DNA of 62,197 nucleotides, taken from contig NMRA01000062.1 in assembly GCA_002633005.1 (NCBI GenBank), forward strand, positions 209,638 through 271,834. The letters run 5' to 3'. The notes beneath the pieces are model-generated. The model was not told the origin of the DNA. It worked only from the letters and a program-made list of their open reading frames with translations, and made no database searches. The stretch comes from Phoronis australis. Lineage: Eukaryota > Animalia > Phoronida. Positions 1 through 14,189 of the stretch are shown in pieces; the first letter of the stretch is position 1; each line of letters starts with the position of its first letter. The position numbers and the translations under genes were made by a program.

Positions 1-565
1 GAACATATTGCACTCTGTTCACTGGCAATATGGGCTTTTTTGTATTGGGATAAGTTAGGATGTATGCAAATTGCATTTTTTGAGTTTAGAGGGCTGAAGT
101 AACCAACCTGTCAACATTAACAGGTCAAAAAATACCACCCATAATTAATGCATCACTTCTTACAGGAACGACCACCCATAATTTGAGTTTTTTTCTGAAG
201 ACCACCACCCATGAATTTTTATTTCTACTGCCGTTCCCCCTCCCACACAGATTTTACTGGAACAGCCCTTACATTCATGGTGTAAACATTTCCTTACAAA
301 AACTACGATAACTCATAATCTGACAACTATCCAGGGAAAGAAAGGTTTAAACATGACCGCTAATCACATGAAAATCACTTTTGTCACAAACAGAACAGCC
401 ATAAATCTTGGTTAATTTTTTTAAGCTTTTGAGTGATCAGTGTTACAGGTGACATTTGAGGATTTAGATATCATGTGACTAGTAAACACATGTACAAGCT
501 CAGGTAGTTCGCAACAAATGCGACATTGGATACATCATTTAGTGTAAAGAATATAATACACTCAC

Positions 566-2065
566 AGTCAATGCCTTGAACTGTCTGTATTTTGAACCCA
601 TAGTCCACACCCACAGTTGGTTGATAAGAGCTTGTGAACTGGAAGTAAACGTAAACATTTTTCATGCTCTAAACATCTCCTTTAAATAATATAAATGTGG
701 ACTTGGAGAAATTTTTTGAATTTCTCCAATGTTACGTGGTCCGCTGACATAACAATTTTTAATCTAATTGTCACATGCAAAAATTGTGAAAATTTGAGCC
801 TGCAGCGCTGATCCAAATTTTCAGTTGTGACAACCAAGCTGACAACTTCAATCCGTGTGCCATCAAGCCTTGGATGTGCTAAAGAATTTGCTGGATACTT
901 GATGGGGTGAACAGTGCATGCTTTCTCGTGCACTTGCATACAGATCTTGTTAGTGTAAGATTTGTCTTAAGTATGAACTTTTTTGTTTCAAGCTCCACAT
1001 GATATCAACAGATACTCCAAACTGTATCAGTTAAGCATCTGAGTGTTCTGCTTGATCCTCAACTCACTATATGAATGATCATTGCATGGATCCGTATACC
1101 AGTATTAAAAAAATCTCAACCCGTCATGAGAACTTTCTAAATATGCCATTCAGAGTTGATTTATTACTCTTTTGTTCTGATTACATACCATTGACCTGGA
1201 CTGTTAAAACCAAGAAATTTCCAACATCACGATCCGATTTGATTAAACTTGACAAACAAGCTTAATGTGTTGGTACAAAATCTGTGGTAGTAAGTGGGTC
1301 AGAGCTTAATTACAGTCACACGAAGGATCAGCAGTTGGAAATTTCTCTGAAAATTAATTGTTTTTCTCTACTCAATCTTTTGGTGATAGTATTTGACAAA
1401 AAACAGTACGTCACCTTCTTCACAACATTTGTTGATTGTTGTTTGGAAATAAATATCGGTTAGCATCAGGCATGCAACAGTTAACAAGATAATTGGCAGA
1501 TTAGGTGAGCTTATCAGATGCAGGCAGACAATGAGAGAGCTGGACTATACAAAACATAATGATTTGCCAACTTTCTCCCCTTACTATCACCGTCAATGTG
1601 AAACATGACAACACGGCTGTATCTTGAGTTCAAAATCGGGAAACTCATGCACCCCCACAGCGCGCCGGACCTTACGGTAACGCCCGCTGAAGTAACTGAC
1701 TTCAGTTTTGATGTAAGATTGGTCTCAACTTCCAAACTTCCACATCCGTCAAATTAGTCAAAATTAAGACAAAACTTAAGTCAAACTTAAGCAAGATCTC
1801 TTTCTTGAAACAGACAAACTGACTGAAATTTAAGATTTGTCTTAGCTAAGTTAGCTTTTTGGAACGGGTCCACGATCTATAATAACGCAAATTTGACTTG
1901 CATCATTAGGCTACTCCACGTGGTGACTACCTTGCTTTCACAGAAGTGCTTTATCAAGCATGTCTTCCCAGTTCCTGGATTGCCAAGCCCAATCACTTTG
2001 ACCCATACCAAGCTACCAGCAACGTCCTTGACACTTCGCGTCAGCTCGCCTGGTTTTCTGTCCAT
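566..2065 (-). CDS. DNAJC27: RJL-family Ras-like GTPase (DNAJC27/Rbj-like), first two coding exons; gene continues beyond the left edge
   Basis: Exon 1 is 2065-1931 (MDRK...VKVIGLGNPGTGKTCLIKHFCESK, donor gtagtc). Exon 2 is 638-566 (FTSSYQPTVGVDYGFKIQTVQGID, ttccag acceptor, gtgagt donor). The G1 P-loop GxxxxGKT and G2 TVGVDYG resemble the Rbj/RJL N-terminus. No J domain is visible in the window, so the symbol is tentative. Confidence 0.7.
1028..1085 (+). mobile_element. Possible degenerate L2/CR1 LINE ORF2 fragment
   Basis: VKHLSVLLDPQLT(frameshift)MNDH resembles the 'VKNLGVxLDxxLsmxxH' motif found C-terminal to LINE reverse transcriptases. The match is very short. Confidence 0.3.
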
Positions 2066-2570
2066 TTTGTCCCGTTACACAGAGTCTCACCTTTTCACAT
2101 TTTATGATTTTTAACACTAAAATACAACCACAATCTAATTAGGCTTACTGCTAATGTTCAAAGATAAAAGGTGACCCGCGAGCAGTTGACATGGCATTCC
2201 CTAACAAATGATGCATTATGGGAAGGGGTTTCCCCAAGCTGAAAATAATACATCCGGTTTATTATCTGTGCAATGTTTCATAGATTCTGAGCAAAATGCT
2301 ATTTAAAAGAATTAAAATAACGAAATTGTCATTAATTATAGATTGAAATGTGTATTGTGAGCTTCACTAATTCATTCATTTGGGATTTTTCTGCTGTTTT
2401 GTTAAGGGTGTTTGTACACGTTGCACTGCGCATGCGTATATGACGCGGATTTCCCTCCAGTTTCGATATTTCCAAGAGGATAGCTAACTTGAAGGAGGGA
2501 GGTAGCCTAGGACTACTAAAGGATATTCAGCGTACACCACACTTTCGATTTTTAACTCAGCATCACGAAA
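2066..2570. promoter_or_regulatory. Bidirectional promoter region between RJL/DNAJC27-like and DNAJC22
   Basis: The divergent start codons are about 505 bp apart. A ZNF143/Staf-type motif (TTCCCATAATGCAT on - strand) lies at 2211-2224 and an NRF1-like TGCGCATGCG at 2427-2436. Confidence 0.55.
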
Positions 2571-5500
2571 ATGGGAAAGAGTACGTGTCTTGCTTATTTA
2601 CTCTGGCTGATCGGCGGATGGTTCGGGTTACACCATTTTTATTTGAAAAGAGACAGACAAGCTTTCGTCTGGTTTGCCACATGGGGTGGCCTGGGTGGGT
2701 TGGGGTGGTTTCGTGACTTATGGAGAATTCCGGAATATGTATCTGACGCGAATGATGACCCAGATTTTATTGAAGATTTGACCTACAAGATGCGCCGGAA
2801 CAAAACACCACCGTTTAACATAGTGAGATTTTCTGGACAATTAATTATGGGGTGGACATTTGGTTACCTACTGAAGTACGCATTACCCACGGAGTTTATT
2901 GAAGAATGGCAAGTCACAGCTGAGTGGATTGGTTACTTTGGAGTTGCAGTTGGTAAGATAAAGAATTTTTCTTTTTGTTGCGTCTGTTGTGAGAATCAGT
3001 GGCAATAATCCAAATTGGTTTTGTCGTTTTGGAATCTGACACCGGACTGGTAATGCCAAGACAGTTTGGACTGGGCTATTCACTGATCCATAGGGGGTAA
3101 TAAAACAATTATCTTCTCAGCCAGGACCACAAACCCATTGTTAAGCTGTGTTTACTTACACAAACCAACCAGTACACTTGTATGACTAAGAGCAGGGTTC
3201 ACAAAGAACTGCTTTCATTACAGTGAGATCTTGTTTCAAGTTTCTAATGCTCTGTACCTCTTGCCAGGCGTCCTAATGAGTCAACTAAAGAGAAATTTCC
3301 CATAGGCGAGTGTTTAGAGAAGTTTTTATATTACTACACTCACCCGCGGATTCACCACATCACTGACCAGTGCATGTCAATTTCAAAAGGCTTATTGTGT
3401 GTGAAGGTCACACATGATTTACAATATCCGAAAAATTCTGAGTCAGTATGTGGACTCGCCCAAATTGGGCAAGATCAAGCAGAATTCAGATACTTGGCTA
3501 TATATGGTTACAAGTGGCGTTTCAAGCATTCGTTGTGTTGAATCTTGCTTAAAGGCTGCTGCTCTTTTTGAACCTAGATCCCTATTCCTTATTGTCCTTG
3601 ATGTTCAAGGATAATGTTAATTTTCCTTTCTCTCTTCTCCTTCCAGAATGCATTGTTTTTCATAAACCAAGAAAATTTATTGGTAACTTTCATCCAAAGT
3701 TGGATATAAATCAATAATTTGGAAATGGAAAATCAGTTATTTTAATTTACTTGGCACAGGTTTTCATTGTTACAGTAACTTCTTGTGGCTGCCACATGTA
3801 AACAATTTGTTGTGGAAATAAGCAGACTGAATAGAAACTTTGATCACTCAGACAGCAGGTTTGTATCTCCTATATTTTCTTATGAAATTCCCAGAGGAGT
3901 CGCCATTCTCTTCTAGTGCACAACTCAGCTTCCAATTAGTAAGCATACTTGCCGGAAGTAAAACGCGCATCACACCAGGTGCTGCTAGTGAATAGTGTCG
4001 ACACAACCAATAGTGTTGGTCGCGGCTTGTGTGCAAGTTCACAGACCTTGTGCTTTGATAATACACACAGTTGGCAGTCCATGTTCTATGGTCTGTGATT
4101 TAATATTTTTGTCTTGTCCAAGTATTTTAATTACAACATATTGCTATGGAGTGCGGACATCATAGAACAGTTGAATTACTTCTCTAATTAATTTGTTTTG
4201 ATGTGTATTGTCGCGAAATTGAAATTGATTTAAATAGCTAATCCTTTTTGTAACATATTTTGTTCTGGTAAGCAGACTGTTTGGGCCCTTCACAAGTATC
4301 CATAAGTTTGTTCTATTTTAAATTGTATGAGTCTGTCAGTGAATAAAGTGTATAACTGATCACTGCTATCAGAAAAACATTTATGGTACACATCAATGCA
4401 GTACAAAGAGAATGGCCAAGATATGTCCATTAAAGCAATTTTATTTAGGCAGCATAATCGAGTTTGTGCATCCTGTTGACTGGAATGTATAACATCGTGA
4501 CTATTAAGGAAAATACCATTCAGTTACCTTGTCCAACTTAAATGAGCACAGCCCAACACTTTTTATGGCTTTCTGATGCTGGTGCTCTTATTGTGCACTG
4601 AAATTTATCTGTAGTGTGTGCAGAATGAAAGTGACTTAATATGTCTAACCACTGTTGTCATTTTTCACTTGGACTTATTGTTCAATTTAATTAAATTTCA
4701 ATTATCATGGTAGTTAAGCATCCTATGTGGGTATCTTAATTGCTATTAAATGGCCTGTTGTCCTTATCTCTGCTGTGAACTCCTCACCTGCAACAGGGAG
4801 ACATCTGTTGGTACACATGTGAAATTGATAACCATTAGTATGGTCAAGGCTTTGTTTCAAAATCTTGGCATAATCTCAAGGCATGTGATACTACTTGTGT
4901 GGCATAAAATGTAGGAGTGATGATTTAATATCTCATGTTCACTACACTGTTGTAATTCATTTTTCATCGTGCTGAGCGACACTTTATTGATTTTGATGTC
5001 CCATTGAAACAATTAGTTTCGTTTTTCTCTTGCTGAGGAAAATAGTACATAATACAGTGAAAAGGTCATTTTTTATAGCCTCGCGGCAAATAATGGAAAT
5101 GTTGCCACATGCTGTATTGTGACCAACCAAGCGGATTACATAAGTTATATTTTTTATCCTACTTTACAGTAATTTGTTGAGAAATTTGACAACTGAATTT
5201 CACTTGACGGCCATATTGTGTGTTAAATAATAGTGAAGAAGTACGAGTTCCGCGATCAGTGCGAAATGTGCGGCTCAATAAGTTGAGTATACTTTTCTGG
5301 TCTCTAACCAGTTAATCCTCAGTTGCATGGGAGATAACTGCAGTTTAACAGTTCATAAACATAGCTGACAACAGGAATAGAATTTTACCAAATGGCAAAT
5401 GAAAGTGTAATTTTCTGACTTCTATCACAATTTTTGAAGACATTTTGGTAGATCATTAACTTGTTCAATTGAAATTGATCCAATGGCCTTTTAACTACCC

Positions 5501-7323
5501 ATGGCCAAGGTTTAATTGACTCAAATTCAAAACGATTCTGATTCAGGATCCAAGTTAGAAATGTCAGATGTGAGATGAGGTATGTACTGGTTAACCAGGG
5601 CGGAAGGGTATGAATTTCAACTAAAACCATTCATTGACTGATGATAGTGTTTTTGCACCTGAAATCTTGAATACAGAAGGGTACTTGGTGAATATCTGCT
5701 TCAAGGTATTGTGTTGTACTTTCAGAGTATCATAAACAATGTATGCGTGTGCATCTTTACCCTAAGTTTCATAACAATCCACCCGTAAATAGCAGCAATT
5801 TTAGGGTATTGGTATTAATTGCACCCTATGATATACATATCCTCAAATTTATTTGGCAGTGAGAAATGTAGTTCCACAAAAACTTGGTTTTGCAAGAGTT
5901 AATGCAAAGCAATATATCACAGTCTGCACTCCATCAGTTTAAAACAAATTCCATTTAAAATGTTGATGAATTTGCAAGTTTGCTCAAATGGAACCTGTTG
6001 AACAAAGGGATGATATGAAGAATATGTCAAGGTGTAAGCGAAGATACCTTGAGTTAAAAAATAAATTGACGTTGTTTACTACAGGTGTACACATGGTCGG
6101 CAACATAGGGCGAGAGCAGTGCTCCTTTAAAGTTGCCTGGATGGGCGCTCAGTTCACCATGGTACTGTTATTCTTTGGGAAGCCAATCACAGACAAGGAC
6201 TATGTAGGTCATGCGGCTATAATCTCAGCGCTCATAGTTCACAGTTACGGCAAGGAGTGGCGCCGAACCCCGGAGACGATTGGTATGTGTAAGCGGATGG
6301 GACGATTCTCAGTATGGGTGACGATATATCTAACACTATGGGGTTCTACACTGTATTTTAATGCGACGATTACAACCAAATATGGAGAGGAGGTCAAACT
6401 TAGGGATGCCATTCACAACTTCTTTAAATCTCCCATGTGGGCGGAGACTAAGCAGACGATGCAACAGTTGTATGACTATTGTAAACATCATGGATTCTGG
6501 AAGGTGTGGGATGAAATTAAGGCAGCCCTGGATCCGGAAGGAGAAACTAATGCATACAGGGTGAGTCTGCTCAAAAAAACTGTTTATTTAATGGCAAAAG
6601 TCTATTTAATGTTGATGACCTCTATGTGGACATACAGGAGCAAGTCAAGACAACCCTTCGTTTGAAATTACTCTTCTCTGGCAGTCCAGTTTTGTAATTC
6701 TTGAAATGCTTTGATTTGTAACGGATGTTTTCCGTATTTTGACTGTGTTGTAAAAAAGTAAGATGTTTGTGATTGGTTGCAGGAGTTGGGTGATCCGTTT
6801 ATTTATGGTAGAATTTTTTTCAGACACAAAAGATGAAGTTTAATTAACACAGTGGCCATATCAGCTCATCGTACATAGCTGTCTATATTTTACTTCATGT
6901 AATTATTTCCTACTGGGTCCACTTGAAAATGAGTGTATTCATTGAAGCGGTCACCCAGTCTTTTAAAGAAGTTTAAATAAATAAATAAATCGGCTCATAA
7001 CTGAGCTACTATGACATTATGAATATCCAAAGTTAGGCAATGTTCAAATAAAACTTTCGTATCTAGTAAAAGAACCACATTGTGTTTCTTCCTCACAACA
7101 TTGTCTTTCTCTCCATATCCAGGTATTGGGACTCGACTCAGACGCATCACAGGAGGAGATAAAGGCAAGTTACAAGAAACTAGCAAGACAATGGCACCCG
7201 GACAAGGTTAAAGAGCCAGCCAAGAAAAAGGAAGCCAGCGACAAATTCATGGAGATTCAAGAGGCGTACGAGCTGTTGTCAAATATAAAGAACCGCAGAG
7301 CTAGGCAGAGTCAGAGGAACTAG
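2571..7323 (+). CDS. DNAJC22: DnaJ homolog subfamily C member 22 (wurst): TM2 domain, multi-pass membrane region, C-terminal J domain, ~352 aa
   Basis: Exons 2571-2952, 6085-6560 and 7123-7323 have GT-AG introns in consistent phases (1, 0). The N-terminal TM2 motif reads AYLLWLIGGWFGLHHFYL. The J domain carries HPD (YKKLARQWHPDK...FMEIQEAYELL). Confidence 0.93.
3945..4098. repeat. Dispersed repeat, homologous to ~40615-40743
   Basis: Shared blocks tacttgccggaa, gctagtgaata, cggcttgtg and gtccatg...tctgtgat occur in the same order. Confidence 0.55.
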
Positions 7324-9338
7324 AGCTGTGAGGTTATGGTATCATTCTCTGAGTCTTAAAATCCTTTGAACGGTGTCCTGTTGAATTCTTGAGAAACAGG
7401 TCTTATATGGTGTTTTTTCTCAGATCACATGTGCCTGTTCGGGTTCAATCCCTTGTAGAGCGATTAAACTGTGAACAGGACGTGAGCGGTAATAGACCAC
7501 TGGCATTGAAACAAATTTCCAAGGTTTTGCATTTACCGATTGGTTGATTTAGGTAAGTGCATCGCACCTGCATGGAAGAGTCTATTCAAACATAGGAGGG
7601 GAGTATGGGTATTTTCGGGCTCGAATAAGTGAAAAGTAAGTAAGTTTTGTAAGTTATAACTGGCGTGAGACAGGTGTTTATAAAGACATGAGAGTTTTCG
7701 TGGTAAGCTTGATGGTATAATCTGGGGATGGGTAATGAGTTAAACATGGGCGTTTATTCAAATGGGTACGTTAATCTTTGGGCCGTTTTCATCTATGTGT
7801 AATTTATGTTTATTGTTTTTCATATATTTCGTTTTCAAAAATCCGTGACTGGCCTCGTAAAAGCATTCCTAAGTATCTCTACACTGTGAATAATACTACC
7901 TGGGTACAAGTTATCCTGTGATAAGTAGAGATAATCATTTTATTACTTGGTGAAATGAAATTTCCCCAAATCACGACCTTAGTTTTTTTTGTTTGTTTAC
8001 ACACATGCTACAGGTTGCATTTTTCATCTGGTCGACATGAAATTCACTCAAAACATCTCGATTAAAAATCTCGAGGGAGAGAAATTGTATTGTGTTGTGG
8101 TGGCCATTTTTCAAATTTTCTGCATTCCTTTGGAGGATTCTTTTGAGACTTGTTATAGATAGATCACTTCAAGGGCTATCTGTTTTTTTTTCCATTTCTC
8201 GCTACGGCCTATCATTGTCCAATTATTTGAGATTTTCCGATGTCTAATTATCTGTTATGTATGTTTTTTACTTGCCGTGCTGTAATTCCAGCGTCCTTTG
8301 AAAAATCTGTCTAAAATTAGGTATGTGAATATATCTCATCGCGTACTAAATATTCTACGGAAAGTTTTTCGCTCTGACTTACCTTTCGCGAGCTATTCGG
8401 GATTTAATGGTGACTAAGGTCCGCCACTGACTGGATTCTCAGGCTTCAGTGCAAGTATACATCTCAGGGCTCAAAAACAACATAAGCTCCATGTGCTTAC
8501 TGGTATTTGCATGACCAGTCAACATGAACACAACAGGTAACTTAACAATAGTTTGATGCCTTCTGCCTTTGGTCGAAATTGAACACTACATGGCTCTTTG
8601 ATATCCATTTTGCTATTTTTTCAATTTGCAGAGTTTGATTCTTTTGTGGGATTCTCTAATTTGGTATGTCCATACATCTCGTCAAATGCTATCCGCGATG
8701 TGCCAACTGGTTCTCATTACCACTTACCATTCACAAGATGTTTGTGGATACTGATGCCTAAGGTGCAACGCTGGCACGTTGTCCGGCATGCAGTAGTTGT
8801 CTTAGGGTTGAAGAACAACATGGGTTCTTGACCCAACTATCTTATTTTGTGTTCGATTGAGGTGACATTTGCACACAATATGTGATTTCGTATTATTTCA
8901 ACAATGGCTACATTTTATTTGGATCGGTGATGCTCTGATGGCAATTGTTTCAATTTTTTATAAACTGATGAAGTGTCCTGGGCATCTTGGAACGATCAGC
9001 ATCAGTGGTACTGTCGTCTTTGACATTATCCATAGAGCTCGAAACTCCGTTGTTGAGACTGTGTAACACTATAAAATTGATGATTTTTATAGCCAGTAGT
9101 GATAGAAAGGGTTGTATTTTTTAATTTTATCTGAGGGTGCATGGTTTCAGCAAAAAAATTATCATACGGTAATTAATTTGAAATTTTCTGTGCTATGCTT
9201 CTCTCCAAGACTGGGAACAGTGTCGCTGCGGTTTACGTATTAGAAACAGAATAACACCAATGGTTGGTAATGGGTCTATGTCTCACAGTGTATTAAGAGT
9301 GTCTATTAAAGGTACTGTGGTAAAAAAAAAAAACAGTG

Positions 9339-9414
9339 CAGGTGGTCTGATTTCATTTGCGGTGCATCAGACGTGCGCAGGCCTCATGGTTGGGCCCATT
9401 GCACAAAACACCTG
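9339..9414. repeat. Dispersed structured repeat (three-way-junction motif), similar to 26650-26720
   Basis: Stems CAGGTG/CACCTG, GTCTGAT/ATCAGAC and GTGC/GCAC are shared between copies, while the loops differ. Confidence 0.65.
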
Positions 9415-10603
9415 AACAAAAGCACGAGAGCCCAATTATGGCTCCTCGTGAAGAAAGTTTTCAAATCTGCCAGTCTCCTTTAGGAAAATGGACAGACGTT
9501 CTGTGATGGAAAGGGTTGAATTTTATTTGAAAATGCCTTTATAGTTTTTATATTTCTCTTTTATGATTAGGAATGTGAGCTGCTGGTTTCTGTTTTATCT
9601 TTTGGTGAAGTTAAGATTTTTTAAGATCAAAATCAAAATTGTCACTCGCTTCCTTAAGCCGAGTCAAACAAGTTCCAGTAAAATCTCACAAATTTTGGAC
9701 AAAAATAATCACCAAAATTGCATTTTTTATTATTTTCAAGGGTGTTGTGAAAGCCCACAATTTTTCAAAAATGTTGTCTATTGGTAGCTATTCCATACAG
9801 AACTTGAATATGACAAAGCGTCACATTGGTTCTATGGGTCGTTTATGAAAAAATGTGAAAGTAAAATTTCATATGATCACCATATTTTGTCCTACATTTG
9901 TGAGGTTTGACTGGAGTGCAAGTTAGTATTGATCATGTGACTTCCTGTCCATTGAAAGGTGCCTTGATGGAGTAACACAGTTTTGCTAAAACAGGGTTAA
10001 ATACTGCCTGTCATATGTTAACCAGTGATCAAAAGGATATTAATTTGTTTTTTGAATTTAAACGAAAGTGAGGACCATCGTTCACCTAGATAGTACTTTA
10101 GATTATTTTACAGCAAGCTTCAATGCTTTAAGGAAAATTTACTGAACTATTGTAACACTGCCATGTCACTAACAGGGATCTTGGATTTTGAGAACCAGTT
10201 TGATGCCCATTATTCAATGGAGGAAACTGGTTCTCTAAATGTGGAACCCCTGTAAGTATTACTGTTACAAGGGCAGCATTGTATGTTTGTTGTAACAGCT
10301 CTGTATGTGTTATGTAATACTTAGGTTGATGAATACTTGTTGTAAAAACGATGACATAGATTTTTAATGTTATTTTTATTTTGTGTGTAATGTGTGGGTT
10401 TTTTGGTTATTTAGTGTTTCTGTACCCAGGAGGTGTATGGGTGACTTTATATGCAATTTTAACTTGTTCTAACGCTCACTTTAAGAAGACATTTGTCTTT
10501 TTAAAATCAGCTTACAGTATAACGTTTGTGCTGAAAAGTTTTATTACAAAAATCCCACCGTCTTATATGTGTTTCTGTTCATAGACTTAGATAGTTGTTT
10601 TAA

Positions 10604-10950
10604 AAGGATACTAAACCCTGTTTTGGTGATTTCGACCAACCCTCGTTCTGTCACCTGTTAATGCATAACTGGCTTCCCACTTTTGTGGTAAAAGCAGGAT
10701 TCAACTAGAAACTCTTACTCTCTTTGTCGCAGATGGGGCATTGTGGTGTTTGGTGCCTGGTCTTTCCCCATTGTTGTCAGGTAGCTCCATAAAATATTCG
10801 TCTGGCTTGCTGTGTAACATACTTTGATAGGAGTTGCTCCAAACTTTTAAGGTTGTCCAGGGTTACAGAGCGTTAGTTTGTTTCAGAGCACTGGATGGGA
10901 AAGTGGTTTTTAATATGTGTTAATAGGTGAAAACAAGGATTGGTATCCTT
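10604..10950. mobile_element. Non-autonomous DNA transposon, Kolobok-like (TTAA flanks), copy 1
   Basis: Termini are TTAA-AAGGATAC...GTATCCTT-(T)TTAA. Internal blocks (gttctgtcacctg, ggatgggaaagt) are shared with 23277-23600. Confidence 0.6.
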
Positions 10951-11700
10951 TTTAAAGTCAAGAAAATGATGGTATGATTTTCTAACCTACCGTGTTGAAC
11001 ATAGATCGTTTTGATGTTGAGATTACAGGTGTTACTTCTGAGTAATTGTTCTGTTGGTCTTCAGTCAACAGTTATTTTAATTGGATTTCTTTTTTATTGT
11101 CATACTGTCTATGAAATATGTCATTTAATTTTGTAATTAAATCTTCTTGAAACCTTTCCGCGAGTCGTTGGTGGCTGGTTATTTGAATTGGTGTAGTTAA
11201 ATTAACGTTTTAGTGATTGATTGAAACGAACACCTTTCCTTGTTTTGAATATAAATTAGGGGACACCTGTCATGCGAGAGAAGCGACCTTCCCGAAAACC
11301 ATGCATACGCCTGGTCAAAATCAACATAAATTAAAACAACCCTGAGTTTGTTTCATCGAATATGATGGCACAATCAATAAATCAATCCCACTCCTTCCAT
11401 AATGTGTTGAAACATCAGAATAGTCACGATTTTAGAGGTAGCGCAACCTGTATCTGAGTCTTGTCGGCTCCGCAGATTCCACTGTTTCAGTGGAAATTAG
11501 ATCTGTGATTTTGGTGAAAGTTTATGTGATCATGTATTCGCCTCATTTGCTTTTTTTTTCTTTTACAAAGAAAAGTGTTATTTTGAAGTGTCTAGCATTC
11601 CAAATTAGAACTTGTTTTGTGTGTATTTTATCAGTTAATGAAATTTTACTAACCCCTGAAATGAAATTGATGGTATTGAATCCTTCCATCAGGGCTTTTC

Positions 11701-11856
11701 CATGGGCGGCGCACCATAGGGGGCTGGGGGGCTATAGCCCCCCCCTCCCACTTTTTCCAGTGCCACACTGCACATGGTCTATAGGCGATGCACCACAGGG
11801 GGGCTCAGGGGGCCTTAGCCCCCCCATTTTTTTCAGTGTTGCGCCGCCCACTCATG
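11701..11856. mobile_element. GC-rich MITE-like element
   Basis: Terminal inverted repeat CATGGGCGGCGCA...TGCGCCGCCCA(ctcatg) with internal G/C runs. Confidence 0.5.
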
Positions 11857-13930
11857 TTTCCTCTTTTAAGAGATTCCTTTTTTGGTTTCGATTTCCTCTT
11901 ATTTGATTTCCAGTTTTCTCTTTTTACCTCATTTTTCATTATTTTGACTTTATTCAGCAAAACCGTATATCTCATTTCAATTTTACATCACAAAAAACAT
12001 TTATGTCACCTATGCCTATGTATTTGTGTAAAGATACGTCACCTGGAAAAATTTCCTTTTTTGTCATTGGTCATTCAAAGCCCTGTACCATGATATATTT
12101 CACGGATGTCCTCCAACTCAGCATAACTGCCGTCAGTTTATTCAAAGTGGTAACTGCAAGACCGTTTTTGAAATTTAATCATTGAAGTTTGTCTGTCGTT
12201 TACGGTATTTGAAATTATCGTCAGTGCGTTTGAAATGATGCGCAGGTATGATTTTATCAGAGTTGGCGTGCGATATTACTGCATGCATGTTGACAACCGA
12301 CCAGTCTTACAGCACTTTTGAACTAATTGCCCTTATAGAACTCCCATACTCATGTCAACACGGTACGCAAACGTTGGTGATCACCATGTATTTAATTTAG
12401 TTTGCTCGTTTCCATTTGATTTAATGTGAATTTAATTACATTTCCAATGTTCCTTGCTGAGATCAGTTGTTGCCGCGCAAGGAACTTACACGCGCTCTGC
12501 TTGATTATCATGGCGTTACTGAGGTCAAACGCGCACTGGTACGCCAGCTCTGTCTCTCGTGTGACAAAAGCATGCTCTACTTTCAACACACGGACAAACG
12601 TATGAAAACGAAATGAATGCACGAAAGAGCAGCTACATTCAAAATAAAGTTTATTGCGCTGGCAGTGTCAAGTCTCACAATATTTGACAAGACAAATGAT
12701 GCGCTGAAGAGAGATTCATTTGATGTAAAAGTAATAAATTTAAACTTCAAGTTCCACTGCATGTTTGAGAGTGCTCAATTCAGTTCTCGCTGGTTGCCTT
12801 CGTGCCTGGTCAGCACGCAGTAGCACGCGCTTATGATTGGTTGGTGTAACCTCGGCAGTCATTGGTTAGCTTTACAACAACGTGAAAAAAATGGCGGACT
12901 ATGAACGATTTTTAGCTCGTCATGCAAGTAGCGTGGCAGCAACTATTTCGTTTCTGCATTAATGTTTAATAGCCGCGTGCTTGAAGCACATACATTTACA
13001 AAAAAAACGTGACATCTGGCCGATTTAAGCGGTGCGGTGTTATTCATACTCTGAAAACAGGACAGTATCGTAAACAAAAGTCATCGACAGTAGAAAGATG
13101 CACTCCGAAAAGGCGCAACTACAATTTCTGGGATTCAGATTTCCTGAACATAAATTTTGAAGCACCGATTTGTCTGTACAACAGATTACATTTTATACTT
13201 GCTCCATCAGTCATGCCAGTTTGTTTGCGTAAAGCCCTACCTGTTGAGAATTTGACCAGCTAATCAGAAACGGCGGTATAAAAAAATTTCTCGAGGAAAA
13301 TTAAGTGATACCTGCGTGCTGGCGACCACCTAGCGGCACGCAGGGAACCAGTGAGAATTCAGTTCAGTTCTACGTCAACAGTTTAGCTTTGATACACACC
13401 GGAAGTAAGTCATACGTTAAAAATAAATTTAGTCATGGACCCGGCTTTTCATGCAACGCCGCTAATATTTAAGAACTTGTTCGCTTTTTATTTTCATTGA
13501 AATAATGGCCTACTTTTCCTATGAATAGAAAAATCTGCTAAAAATTTAAGGAACATAGCCGAGTCGCTATAGGCCTGGGTCCGGGAAATAAAGTAGCCTT
13601 GATATCGAATTAAGTCCGTGAAGTTTTAATTGGGCATTAGACAACACTGAAGATTACATAAATGAAGAAACAAAAGTCCACAAAATATTTGGTTGACCGT
13701 ATGTTCGTTCACGTGGCATTATTTGACCACGTGTTTATAATGCGATGTTCAATTTTGTATGCATTGTAGCATGATTTGCCTTTGTAGGCAAGCGATAACA
13801 GTTTTATAAGTTCTGGCGACATAGTGACATTTTTAAGAACATCTTACGAAAATTTTGGATCAATGTAATAAAAATAAACGTTCTTATGATTCGTTGTTCT
13901 TTGGTATTGTTACTTGCTAACACTTTTCTT

Positions 13931-14189
13931 CATGGGCGCACCCAGGGTTGGCTCAAACGAGCCCCCCAATTTGACGAATTGGGCAAAAAGGTCCGCCTCA
14001 GTGAAACAAAAAGTCCGAGTAAATGAGACTAAAGTCCACAAAATCCATGAGAAGACGGCGCGGATGCACAACTCATGGGCCTGAATCTAGTGGCCTCGTT
14101 TTTTTTTAGTCCTCGTTGATTTTTTTCAGTAAAAGGTCCGCATGTCGAAAAATTTGAGCCGCCCTTATTTTAGGCTGATTGCGCGCATA
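13931..14189. mobile_element. MITE family 1, copy 1
   Basis: Termini CATGGGCGCACCCAGG...GCGCGCAT. The internal gcaaaaaggtccgcctcag..aaaaagtccg is shared with 20768-21012 and, inverted, with 52339-52585. Confidence 0.7.
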
